A stretch of DNA of 64,000 bases, taken from the NCBI GenBank assembly GCA_951406725.2, contig OX597817.1, forward strand, positions 113,708,001 through 113,772,000. Reading direction: 5' to 3'. The notes beneath the pieces are model-generated. The model was given only the letters and a program-made list of their open reading frames with translations. It did no database searches and was not told the origin of the DNA. The translations under genes were made by a program, and so were the position numbers. Below are positions 23,901-37,296 of the stretch, piece by piece. Within the stretch, counting starts at the first letter, position 1. Every line of letters starts with the position of its first letter. The DNA is from Octopus vulgaris. Its lineage: Eukaryota.

Positions 23901-26900
23901 AACAAATAGTTTATTATATTAATAATTATTATTTGTATCATATTAATTATCACTATGTCAGGTCACTGATTTCAAGTTCTGTATAGAGTAATAAATATCT
24001 CTCTAAAAGTTTTGATGACAAGAATCAGTATTCTTCTTATTCAGAATTGGTTGTCTGAAATATCAAAACTATTTTGTTTTGTTACATCTATAAGGAAGTG
24101 AATACAAAAAAATATTAGAGTAGACATTTTATCAATAATTTCAATCACACAATTACTAATTCACAGATATACATACCAGGGGACATATATATTCTAGGTG
24201 TGCAAGACGAGTGCTGTACACCTACCAAAGATGGTAAATGTTCTTTATAATTTTGTTCTTGCAGTAACATGATATAATCTGACTGTAAATTGTTTTCAAA
24301 TATAATAATACATACTCAGACACAAAGATTACATTGGGTTGAAGTCATATTATGCATAAAAATATGTTAAAATTTGTATGTTTATTTTCGAGTAGTAGTT
24401 AATGCCAAAGTAGGCTCAACACATTAGCACACCATGTGACAACAACTGGCATATGCTGCTGTTGATATATATACATCTATATATGCATGTATAGGTATGC
24501 ATATATGCCTAAATACATACACCTAAAAATATATATGGATATATATACACATATACACATGTGCGCACACACAAAAATACATTATATATACATACAAACA
24601 TACATACACTCGTACACAATGTGTGTGTGTGAAAAAAAATATATGTATATATATATATATATGCAACAATTGCTTATTATATTAGTGCTACTGATCAGGA
24701 AGTGTATAGGACAAACTCTGGAATGCCGTTGTGACACTGAAAAGCCAATTATAAATGGTTACCAATTTTTGCTTGCTAAACCTCTTTCATTAATGTGATT
24801 TCATTGGGGATCTATAACTAAGATCACTGAATTAGTTATACTTTATGCACCTTGTAATTATGTATAAAGGGAACATAGAAGAGTAGTTCTTAGTAGACAA
24901 CTATATAACATGGTTTTAGTTCTCTGGTTGAAGCCATTTTATTTCACTTGCAGTGCAAATTGAATTTGGAAAAGGCATTTATGTCACCCTTTCCCATTTC
25001 CCTTCATCTATAAAACATGAGGTTGGTTTTTAGCTGTTGATCAACCCTGACCAAGCAAAATCATGATCAAATTTACTCCAGCCATGACCATCATGTCTTT
25101 TTCAAGGTTTTGTAGGATTACATTATCTAATGTATCCTTTCCTTATTTAAGATGGTATGGTGTGATTTGACAGGGATTTGGTTGTCATTTCTAGCAAGTT
25201 GAGTGATCACATACAGGCTTGTAAAATATGAGGTTTTATTCCTTATGCAATAAAAAAAAGATTAAATATTGGATTAAGTAAATTGAAATTTCACATATAT
25301 GCCGCCATTCAATCTGTTTCTCTGGCACTTGACAAATTATATTTGGTTTACTGCATAAGTTAAGAAGACAGTCTATATAACGCTCCATTTATTTCAAAAG
25401 ATATATTTACAAAATTACCTTTCTGAATACTGTGAATAAACTTGACCAGTTCAACTTCTATCATGGGTAATTGTCTACTAACCATGTCAAAACTGGAGAC
25501 AATATACACTAAATGTCAAACATGATTAATAATATTGCAAATAGTAATGACATGGTTAGAATTAAACTACATTTATATTCATAATGTAGCAAGTGGCGTA
25601 AGAGCAGAAGGCAAGCCCTCAGCATGCCAAGTCTACAACTTGGTTTCAATTCCCAGTAGTAGCTGTTTCACTTCACTTACGTCACCAAAACCTTTTGAAA
25701 AGGCACGAACATTACAAGTCATTTCCCCCAGCCCCTAAGTCAATAGGGCTACTGTTGCCCCATTGGAGAATACCTCTTATGATAAAAAGTCAAGCAAATG
25801 ACTATTTATCACATTTTCATGTGATAAATAAAGCACTGAATGACCAATTTTCATATGTTGTTCTAAAATTTGTGAACAACAGCGAAACATTTATGTTATC
25901 TTTTTTTCTCTTCTTCTTGGAGGTGAGGGAAAAGAATTTACTCCTCTTTTGGAGTGATAAGTCCTTCCCACAATGAATATTACTGATTATATTTACATTG
26001 AGGAAGTAATCTGCTATTTCAGCCAACACTATGTTGACAAATAGGCAGATAATTGAATATATAAAGTACAATAAACCTGTGAGAGATGTTGAAGTAGTTA
26101 AAAGTATTCAGTGTTTCTTTTTTCTTTATGGTCAAAGAAATCAAAGTTTGAAATGAATATGAAAGGTAATTAATTAGTCTTAAGAAATAACCTTCAATTA
26201 ACACTCATTATGACTGAAGATCTTATCAGAGCATCTACACTAAAACTTTCAATGAAATTTTTTCAGAATAAAAATGTGTAACAAAAAAAAAAGTGCTTTA
26301 CCCAACTTACTAAATGCAAGAAGGCTGAAGCTGTTTGGCCCAAGGTTAACACTACTCAGATAGATTTATGATCAAAGGCACTCTAGCCATGACCAACTTG
26401 TCATTTTTTAATATATAGTTTCCCTTGAACTACATAATCTAATGTCTCCTTTTTTTAAGACAGTCAGGTATGGCTTGAGAGAGATTTGGCTGGTAATTCT
26501 AGCAGGTTACCTACCTTGTTACATATAACAGGGTATCAAATGTGTGCCAACGAGAAATAACAGTTTCAGCCTTGAGAGAACTGCACTAGTTTGATTATTT
26601 GATGACCAGGAAATGAAATAATTTTAAAATACTTAAGTAATTCTATTACAAATGTCATAGACTTTCATATTATAAAGAATCTCTTTTGTTGTTTGTATTA
26701 TTGATGTCTTATACAAGAAAGAGTAGTAGACTAGCACTTATTAGTATGATTATGATAACAAAATGGACCACTTGGGATACCAATACTAGAATAAATGCCT
26801 GCATTGTGAATGAGTTGTACTTATATGAAAACAGCAGGGGAAGATATAAGCGTTGAATCTAATTTGTCAGTTTAAACCAAATGAAATAACTATTGTAAAA

Positions 26901-27950
26901 ATTATATTTACTCTCATTAATGTTTTTTTTTTAAATAAAAGACATTGTTTTTAAGCTCACAATACTAACAAGCAAAGTTGACGATTTTTTATAGCGTTAA
27001 AAAAATAAAATAAAATGAAATATAAAACTCAAGCAGCACCATGAGATTGGCAATATTTAGTTGTTTTTTTTTTACACATACTGACATGAAATTAAATGCA
27101 AAATCAGAAAATAGATTTATTAACATTTTTTCCATATTTTAGTTTTTATGAGAGAGAACTCATCAATTCCAAACAGTTTTTTTTTTTTTTCAGTCTTTAA
27201 CTGTTTGCAAAGTTAATGGAATAAATTACCAGCACTGATGCTGATCTCCTCATCAAGGTGTTTGAACAACCAATGTGTGCTTCTAAGCAACAAATAATCT
27301 AAATGGTGAAATTTTTCTGATTTTTTTTTCTTAAGCACACAACATGCAGTAGAGTTTTTTTTTTCTTTCTTTTTGTAGCAAGGGATGTTAAACCCTCTGC
27401 AGGTTCAAAATGATTTTACATATTTAAAAAAAAAAAAAAGAAAAAAAACCTGGTTCTTGCCAAAATGATGCATTCAAATTTAGCATTGAGTTGATCGAAT
27501 TTACAAGCCCCGAAATATGATGAAATGGATGGACAAGAAACATATTGCACACCCATATTTTATTCTAATGCATAATGTATCTCTATAGCGCACAGTAACG
27601 CCAGCTTCGGAGATGAATTTACAACAATTGCACAAAAACATGAGATGAAATAAATAAATCATTGGTCAAGTTTTGACCAACATGTTCTTAAATAATATTT
27701 AAAAAAAAAAAAAAAAAAAAAAATATCGTTTTCACAATGGAATTGTACAACCTAAACTTAGAGCTCACTCTGTTTTGAATTGCCTGTGAGAGAAAATTAT
27801 TTTTGTATAACAACTTATTTGTTGATTGTTTTGACTTTCTCTGACTGCAACCATAGCAAGTTCAGCATTCTGTTCAGAAATAAGCGTTATCCAAAGTAGT
27901 GCGCTGGTCAATATTTGCCTATTTTTATTTCCGCCATTTTTACAGTTCCA

Positions 27951-30900
27951 CTATACAGTTGTCACACGGCAAGCTCTTCTAGTCTCATCTTCATCTCCAG
28001 CATCTTCCATTTTTGTCATGAAGTTTTGTCGCCGCCGTGCAAGCAACATTTCAGTTTTTGTTGCATGTTTTGAAGGAGATGGAATCGATGATCGTTTGTT
28101 CCCATTTGTGACTGCCTTTGCCAAGATTCTGTTTTGATCAAAGTTATTGTTTTGTGATTTGGCACTGGGAGTGTAATTAAATGGCGACACAATAGCTGCA
28201 GATATTGAGCATGCTGGATTAGTTCGGACTTCTGAGCATATTGCTCGCTTTAGTTCACTCTGTGGAGAAATCAGTTCAGATTTCCAAACTTTGGCTTCAG
28301 AAGGCAAAGAGTCTATCACAGTTTCTTTTGAAGCAGTTTTGTTTTGCAAAGGCATTTTGGTAGCACAGTTCCCTTGTCGAGGGGCACTGCCTTTTCTGTC
28401 TTCTGTCTCTTTCACTTCACTGCAGTTATTATCAAGTAACATTTTATTCTCTGCTTCTTTTATCATTTCATTCCGTTTCACCCATACATCTTCATTGTTC
28501 CCATCAAATTCTTGCTGTTCACTTAATGAATTATTGTTTTTCCAGCTCTCATCAGAAGTCATGCTGTTTAGAGATTTTTTAGAATCTGACATTTTCTCCT
28601 GAACTCGGCATGTCTGATCAGCATCTGGTAAACTTTGAGCCTCGGAGCGAGACTTCTGAGTTTTCCAGGTACCTGAATTTGTTTTGGTCATTGTGAAAGT
28701 GATATCTTCATTAAAACTATCTATGTTTTTATTTTCTTTTGGACTACTTATAGGACTGATGCTTTTCACAACTGAAGAATTATTCTCATTAAGTTTTTCT
28801 GTTACTACAGAAGAATTATCTGCAAAGGAACTTAGTTTATCATAAGTATGTGTTCGACTTAATCCTTGTGTTACAGGTGGAGAGGATGATTTCTTGTTGT
28901 TGGAAATTCGAGGTGGAACTAGACGGCTACGTTGACCACCTCCTGTAGAATGTGACCGTTGCTGACGAGGTGGCTTGGTAGGCTTGGACTCTGGAGAGGA
29001 AGCAGAATCATTAGATGATTCGTTCCGTTTCCAAAGGCTCGCAATCTTACTGGCCACCGGTTTCTTGCCAGTACTGGACGACCGACGGTTTTCATTAACT
29101 GTCGGAGTTCCTTTAGAAGGTGGGCTTGTTTCAGACTTTTTAGACTGAGCATTTCCTGGAGAGATGCTTTGATTTTTGCTTAATCCTAAGCTTCCTCTCT
29201 TCCCTGTTGGGGTTGAAGGACGAGAATTGTCACTAGCTTTTTTAAGACTAGCATTGCTATCAGTTTTCTTGAGACTAGCATTGCTATCAGCTTTCTTTAG
29301 ACTAGCATTGCTGTCTGAATTTTTTAAACTTGTTTTACTGCTAGTCTTGCGTAAAGTTCCCGTTGATCCACTATTACTTTTATCCAAATTACTCCCATTA
29401 CTTTTAGGACTACTACTTGAAGGAGTATTTTTCTTCAGACTTCCAATGCCAGATTTGTTTGATGTTGCATTACTGCGACTACCACCCTTACCAACGGGGG
29501 AAGTAACTTTAGTTGGGGTATTTTTAGTAGGGGTTGTGCTAGTGCTTGATTGACGAAGAGCTGGAGGAGCATCACGAGAATTTCTTTGCCGTTGAATTTG
29601 TTCAAAAGGCGCATGAAAACCTTGTTCGTGTGAAGTGTCTACTAAAAAGTTAAATGAACCTAATGCTTTTGTCCATGATTCAGGAGGTGTTGTATCAGAA
29701 TTCCTTTGGCTTCCTGTAGAGCCTCCAGAGCTTCTTGGACTAGAGGATGTTTTCCTCTCTCTGAGTTTTACAGTTGAAGTGTCAACGTCACTCTTGTTCT
29801 CATTTTTATCAGATTCACTGGCTGACTGTTTATCCCCACTAGAAGCTGGAGTTTCTTTGGTAAAAGTTCCTTGTTTTATTGGAGGTTTGGGACGTTCAAT
29901 TTGTGTAGAATGACCCCCTCGGTTAACGCTACTGTCTCGTGCTGGTCGTTCACTGTTTACTACAGGTAATTTTGACCCAGCTGATTGTTTGGTAGTTTGG
30001 GACTTTAATGGACTCCCAGGAGACATGCTTCTTCCTCCTCCTCCAGAAGAACGCCGGACATTTGTGGTTCGAGGGTTTACCTTGTTTACAGGAACCTCAG
30101 ATGACGTGGCGTTGGTGTTTTTGGTTACAGTTTTCTTAGGACTATTTGGATTAGATTTTACTGGACCTCCTGGTTGGCGAGTAGAAGCTGGACGAATAAC
30201 ACGAGAGTTATCAGGTTTTGAATTAAGTGTTTTTACTGGTGTTGTTGTCACTGGATTTTTACGACTATATAATGGTTTTCGTCGACCTCTCACTGATTTA
30301 TTACTTTCTTGATCAGATTTGTCTGATATTGGCTGAGAATGACCAGAGGGCTTCACAATACGAGCTCGTCTGCTGCTAGCTTCTGAATGAGATAAAGTTG
30401 ATGTTGAATACTCACTCAAATCTTCAGAATTCTTAGACCATGTCACTGAAACCTCTGATGCCGTATCAGATGTGTAGTCATTTGAAACTAGTGATATGCT
30501 CTCATTTTCAATTAAAGAATCTTCATCAAATGTGCTGCTGGATAGCTCTCTTTTAGTAATGAGTTCACAAACAACAAGACTAGCATTCTCTTCAAGAGCT
30601 CGTTCCTCTTCAGGAGAGATTTCATGCTCAAAAGAGTTTCTGTCCTTGTCTTCATCAGTTACATTATTGCCTTGTTCTTCAGCCAAATTGATGTCAAGAA
30701 TGTCTTCATGTTCTAACTCATCAGAAACATTTGTCTCATCAGAGTTCATATCATCAGGAGAAGATGACATCATAATACTATCACTATGGCTTTTACTTGG
30801 TTTTAGCTCACAGTGGCTGTCATCAGCAGCATCTGATTTTTCACTGTCTACTTTTTCAATGCTTCCATTTGAATCTGCACCTATTGATTGTGGCAATGAG

Positions 30901-33900
30901 CTGACCATTTCAATTTCTTGCATCGATCTTTGCTTCTCTTCCAACAAACGGTTATCTTTGGGAACCGAATCATTTTGCTCAGTTGTCTCCCCCAAACCAA
31001 GAAATGGCCGATTCGAGAGAGAGTTAGCTTGTGCAATCTCATGGTTAGAGTAGTCCTTCTTTCGTTTGAGAAATCCATCGCTGTCTTGGGATTTTGATCG
31101 ACACCAGCCAAATCTTTGCCGGGCATCAACAGCAGGATTTGTGGAAAAGTCACTGCAGGATTTGGTTGATTTCCGTAAACTCTCATTTTGAACATTGTTA
31201 GCATTTGTGATTTCATTGCTACTATTAACATCAAGCCTTCCTTGACCATTTGATATATTAGGTACCATTGATGTCTTCACATGTTTCATGCTATAATCTT
31301 CTGAAGAACGAGACATCAAAGATTCACTTCTTGAAACACACAAAGATGTCTTATCTTTTTCAACTTGGTCTGACTGAGGAATTGTTCCAGGAGAATTTAA
31401 AGTAGGTAGTCTAGAGCTCTTTGATCCTATTTTATCTGACTTGCTCTTATCACCTCTTGGCATGGCAGAGTTAATGCATTCTTCAAGAAGAGCTTCTTCA
31501 GTGAGTGAAAAATCATTTGTTACTGATTCAATACTCAGTGAACTCAGAGAGCTATTTCTAGAGAAACATAATGGGGTACCTTCCACCTTAAATGAAGCTT
31601 TCTGGTCAGGTAGACCTAGCTCTGGTCCTGTTTGTTTAGTGGAAGAAACTTTAGCCAAAGGACTTTCCCTTTGGCATTTGTTTTTGTAGGAGTTTGTTGA
31701 AGAATTGCGAGAATAAGTATCTGGTGTGTCTTCTATTGCAAATTCTTTTGGTATTTCATCACTAAGATAACCCTCAGGGTCCATTAAAGCTGGTCGAATT
31801 TCTTCACTAGACTGCCCCACTACGTGGCGACCCAGTTCTGTACCAGGAACACCAGTGCCATCTGGGGATTGTTGATAATCTTTTCGACCAGTATCTGCTT
31901 TCCAACGTTGTCCAAGAGAAGGTGAGGACTTGTTCTTACCTTGCTTTGCACTAGGATGATGACTTAGAGACACATCCTCTGTATCATCACAACTGAGTGA
32001 GCTAAGCGAGTCGTTCCGAGAGAATGTTATTGGTGTTCCTTCCATCATGTAATGTTTGGGGGAGTCTGCAGCTGAGTTCAAAGCAAATATAGAGTCATCT
32101 TTATTTGGAATGGTGTAATTAGGGTCTCCGGGTTTTGATTTTGAATTCTTTTGTACAAAACCCATGTCAAGACCATCTATAGAATCAATTGTTAAGTCAC
32201 TTAGAGAAGTGGCATTAGAAAAGTTAATCGGAGTACCTTCTACAGCATAAGTCTTGACTGTATCTGGATTCATACTGATGCATTTCTTTTCCTTTAATGG
32301 TGAAATTTGGAAAGGGAATTTTTCTTTGCTCTCAGAACCCTCCGCAGTTCGATCAATCACTGTTGGCTTACGACCGACCTTTCCCTTTGGTTTTGCTGAC
32401 TGAATAACTTCTGAGAGTAATTTATCATTCTCATCACAAACTGAACTATTATCAGACTCTTCAGCTTCTTCATGCTTACATCCTGTAGGTTTTAATGAAG
32501 CATTGTCATGTGTAAGTATACTCAGGTCACTTAATGATGTAGTTCGAGAAAAGTTCAGAGGGGTTCCTTCAGTGGCATAAGATTTGACAGCATCAGTATT
32601 GAGAAGATCTTCCTCTTGTTTGCAGACAGATACAGACCGAAGACAGCTCTTTAGTTTCAAAGAGCCATAGTTTGTACGTGCATTATTGGATACAGACTTT
32701 GTTGGAAGTTTGCTTTTGTTATTAGTTGCGCTTTCAGTCTTCCATGATTCAGATTTTTTCTTTAGTGCATTGTCTGAGGTGCTTCTTCGAATCTTTTTAC
32801 TTGAGTTACTTGGCATAGCTGAACTAATACACTGTGCCAGAATATCTTCTTCACCTTCTGACACTTCTGACATAGAAGAATTCTCTTTGTCGTCTTTCTC
32901 GGAAATTTTCTCAGATTTCCCATCCTTAATTGCTGTCTTGATATGTGTTTTCTTGCCTATCATTTGAGGTTCATCATCACTAAAGGTCAATGCACTTAAA
33001 CTGGTTGTTTCAGAAAAGTTTGGTGGAGTACCTTCTGTATTGTAGACAGTGGGAGAATCCAGTTTCCCAATGTCAGAGATCAGTTCACCTTTCAGTACAT
33101 CAGCCAATGTTCCTGAAGTAGGTTTGGCCCCAGTTGCATTTGTTGGGTCCCTTTCAGGGGCTTCAACAGTAAACTCTTTCATCTCTTCCATAGCTTCAGG
33201 TTCCTGGTCATTGACACTAGAACATTTTTCAGCAGCTCTTTTCCGTGTAGGACTAGGTGGGAAAGTTTCACTGGGAGAGTCAGGTAGCTCACTTGGAGAG
33301 ACAACTTCACTGGCTCGCCGGCTATATTCACTGACAACAGAACTGTGTACAGAGTGAGCCTCAAAACTACTTAATGAACCTAGAGAACTACACCTGGAAA
33401 ACATCAGTGGAGTCTCTTCAACCATGTGATTTTCATCAAAAGTAACAGTCTTCTGTTCTCGATCACTTGGAGAACCTGCATCAGGCAATGTTCCAATTGA
33501 TTCTGATGGTTTCTCTGCATCATCTACACTTAGTAATTTTCGTTCTATGTTAACAATGTCAGAACCAGTTTTTTCAGAGATAGTAGTTTTCTGAAGTTCC
33601 TCACTACATTCATTTTCATCAATACTTTTGAGTACATTGGTCCTGGGAAGGTTTTCATGATCTCCAGCTTCACTGCTATGAAGGCTGCTAATTGGACTCA
33701 CTTGTGAATAGCTGATAGGTGTGCCCTCATCACAATAGGTTTTCATTTGGTCAGCTGCTCCTTCACAGGGATCTTCCAGTATGTCTACATCAATAGGATT
33801 TTCTGTTGGTGCTTTTGAGGAAACATATTCTTTAACACATTGTATAGATGATCTAAATGTTGGAATTCCACTCACATGTGTATTTGAACCACGTTTTATT

Positions 33901-36001
33901 TTCTTGTTATTGTTGGTGATGTTGTTGTTGTTATTGTTATTGTTCCCAGTTTTCTCCATGTTTTGGTAGTCAAGAGTATAATTTTTAATTTCATCTTCAG
34001 CACATGATTCCAGAATGTCTTTCTTTAGTTCTTCTCGCATCTCCCCTTTCTCGTGTTTCCCAGTCAAATCTGTCAAAGACGTAGCAGTTGACAGATAATT
34101 CAGTGGAGTACCTTCCGTGCAAAAAGTTTTTAATGAGTCATCGTGAACTGTGTGAACTCGTTGCTCAACTCTCTCGTTTGTTCGTCTAGCTTCTTCAAGG
34201 CGACAATCTGCACAGTTGGGGTCGGAATCATTGTACCGTGATACATAATTTATTGGCCTGTCTGTGCATTGATCATCCGTGTATTCAGCATATCGTTTCC
34301 CGTAATCTGTTGGTTGGTCAAGCTGGTCAATGTTGTCTAGATCAGTCTCAGCATAAACTCCATACGATGATATCAACGGTTCAGAACTGTTCTTATTACT
34401 GGAAGGATTTGTCATCCTATCATTGTAAATCTGTCTGTCTGTGTAAGTCTTATGAGAATACTGATTGGGAACGACATACATATACATCCGTTGTTGTGCA
34501 CTATAAGATGAAGGATTACCAGCAAAGTTGGCCAATTTGACGGGACAGTTATTCTGTTTACTTGGATCCAAACAGCTCTGCTTGGCAGGATCCAAACAGT
34601 TCTGAGTAGCATGATCAACATATTTGTTACTATAGTTAACAGTTTCATCACAAACCCCATCTTCATTTTCCATCATGTGTTGAGGTGCATTTCGCAATTT
34701 CTCCAGGCTACCTGCACTTCCTTCTTGAGTTAATCGAGTTAGACTAGAATCTCTTCTTTTCTCAAGAACTGAACCTTGGCGTTCATATAGTAGCTTGGAG
34801 CTCTTAGCAAGCATGTGATGAACCCTAGCACGATCATGTGATATATCAGAGTGCACACTCCCTACACTGTCTTGACTGCCAGATCGTGTAACTCTATGTG
34901 GAGACCGTGTCCGGCTATCAAACAGCATTGCACCATCCCCACTCCCTGTCCTCATAAACATATGTGTTTTCATGAAAGCCCTTCGACTGTCTAAATCTGA
35001 TAACTGATAGCCAGATGAATAAAGATAATGTGGAGAGTCAGTATCTTGTTTCCGGTTCTCTGTAGGACTATTCCTTGGACTTTCCATGTTCTCACAAGTC
35101 TCGGATAAATTTTGATCAATTTCAGCCTCAATTGCCCTTTGTTTCCTTGCATGCAATGTTGGCATATTGGATTTGACATGTTTGTCAGAATCAAAGTTCA
35201 AAGATGCTGGTTTGGCACCAAGAAGGTTTTTTAAGGCTGCAGCACTGCCCATTGAGATCATTCTGTGCTTTGAATGCACTAAGTTTCTGAGCATGCTAAC
35301 TGCTCCCATATCCCACAAGGCCCGTTGATCTTCAGGACAGCGTGCTGATAAATTCCATAGTGTACCACAGGCATTACTGACAATTGTAAGACTTGGAGAC
35401 CGTAAGTGTTTCAACAGAATCTGCAGACAGCCGTGTTGCCGGAGGAGTCTCCTGTAATCCTCCCTTACAGCAATGTGGCTGGACACATTTCTGAGAACAC
35501 CACCACCATTTTCAATGATTGCTAAAGTTTTTGAGGAACTTTTATAAGTCAATGTGCTTACTAAGAACTCAACTGCACCCTCAACAGCGCAGAGATCAGC
35601 TTTATTTTCACTACAATGAGCAGAGAGGTTCCAAAGTGCACTCAGTATACTTTTGAGAGTTGATTCTTTTTTCACACGCATTGCTGCCTTCATTAATGTT
35701 GTAACACCACCAACCTCCCGCAGTGTCTTCTTACTGGCAAGATCAGCTCGCCATGATAAATTTCTGAGAACACTTGCAGCAACTTGACACAAGTCTTCAT
35801 TGCTAGAATGCAATTGCGCAATTAGAGCATCCATAACACCTCTCATGGAACACAATAGAGCTTTATTTGTTCCATCACCGAATGTCAAGTTGGTCAAAGC
35901 CATGCAAGCATAGCGCCGCATTGTAATGTTGTACTGCTCAGTAGTGTTGCCATGGATTTCATGATCCACCTGCAGAAGTTCTCCAATAGCCTGAAGACCA
36001 C
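27951..36001 (-). CDS. APC: APC terminal coding exon (8051 nt): armadillo repeats, 15- and 20-aa repeats, SAMP, basic region, PDZ-binding VTTV
   Basis: tttcag acceptor at 36002, then GGLQAIGELLQVDHE...RRYACMALTNLTFGD...; EGTP..FS...SLS.L repeats, CISSAMP and CINSAMP, VSPSELPDSP, PFNY, and C-terminal VTTV (human VTSV). Confidence 0.97.
29236..29335 (-). repeat. In-frame 27-bp tandem repeat in APC (DSNASLKK-like unit, about 3.5 copies)
   Basis: agactagcattgct recurs at 29245, 29272 and 29299. Confidence 0.9.
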
Positions 36002-36145
36002 CTGAAATCCAAAGAAAATTAATACTAAATATTAAAAAGTTAATCTTCAGTATTATTAGAAATTTCAGAAAAATTAATTAATATGACAAAGAACAATGAA
36101 ACTAAGCATGTTTTTGTGAGACAAAGTTTAGTTGTATTTTAGGAA

Positions 36146-37028
36146 AACTTCCCATCAAAAGACATCCTTGTTTGAATCACGTGTGATTTGATCAAGTAAA
36201 TTTCCATGGAAGTTTTGCTGCATTAATTTTTGAGCAATAAAGACAGATATGAACATTTAGAAATATCAATAGACATCATTTATTTTGTCAATTTAATATA
36301 TTGTCTATGAATATGATGGATAGTTCAACTGATGACTGAAACCCAATTACTTAAAACTTAGAAATTTGCATTGTGCTCCTAATAACGATATAGCTAATTC
36401 AGTTATTTCAGTTGTCAATGCTGCTAAAAATATAAGTACCACTCTACCTCCTCTTCAACTACTTATACAAATGTGCTAAATAATGTTAATCCCTGCTACA
36501 TCATAAGGTTTTACAAGCTCGTGGTTTAAATCAAGTTTCTAAAGTGCTAAACAGATCGGATATAAATCTCTTGGATTGTATATGAGTCTGTTGCAGGTAG
36601 CTTTTCTTGAGAGAGAAACTGAACTCAGTAATGCAAGCCATCAAACTACACTTTTTACAGTGGCCACTGAAAATTAAATGCTTTGACAGTTAACACAATG
36701 ACCATTCATTCCAGTATTACCATACAGACTCATTCGTTCATGCTCATTCATGGACAAGTTGTCAGTATTAAAGTATTAACTCTTAAAATCCTATATTGCA
36801 GATATTCATACTGGTTGCCAAATCCTAAACTGCATAAAACTGCCATTTAAATAGTGTTGTTTGGAGGATAAAAAACCAAAACTAAGCAACTTCCTATCAA
36901 AAGACATCCTTGTTTGAATCATGTGTGTTTAGTTTTTCGATTTGATCAAGTAAATTTCTATGGAAGTTTTGCTGCATTAATTTTTGAGCAATAAAGACAT
37001 ATGAACATTTAGAAATATCAATAGACAT
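36146..37028. repeat. Pair of direct repeats of about 130-140 bp (36146-36276, 36888-37028) in the last APC intron
   Basis: aacttcc.atcaaaagacatccttgtttgaatca...gaacatttagaaatatcaatagacat occurs twice. Confidence 0.9.
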
Positions 37029-37194
37029 TTTCTCAAGTTTCATAATGGTGATGAGTTATACTTTCATACTTTTAGTTATTGCTCATTTTATTATTCTTCT
37101 TGATATCTTTTGGTTATTCTTTTTAAACATTACTATAGAGAAATTATCAATTCAGGAGTGAATACATAAGACAAAAAAATGTAAGAAACCCTAC

Positions 37195-37296
37195 CTAAAG
37201 TACAAATTGCGTGGCGGTGTTCTTCATCAAAGGAAAGCTTCATCAGTGCTGCGATGGCTGGACCGGGGTGGTGGTCTATATCAGAAGGCCGAGAAC
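37195..37296 (-). CDS. APC: APC exon (102 nt)
   Basis: ag/gt flanks, phase 1-1; SRPSDIDHHPGPAIAALMKLSFDEEHRHAICTLG (human ...LMKLSFDEEHRHAMNELG). Confidence 0.95.

Noticed and set aside
28291-35194. Many antisense and alternate-frame ORFs overlapping APC
   Set aside because: Shadow ORFs of a Ser-rich coding strand, with no motifs or splice support.
35967-35969. ORF-track start 'MDHEI' for the 2672-aa ORF
   Set aside because: The codon is GTG (Val) inside an exon whose acceptor is at 36002; the protein continues into upstream exons.
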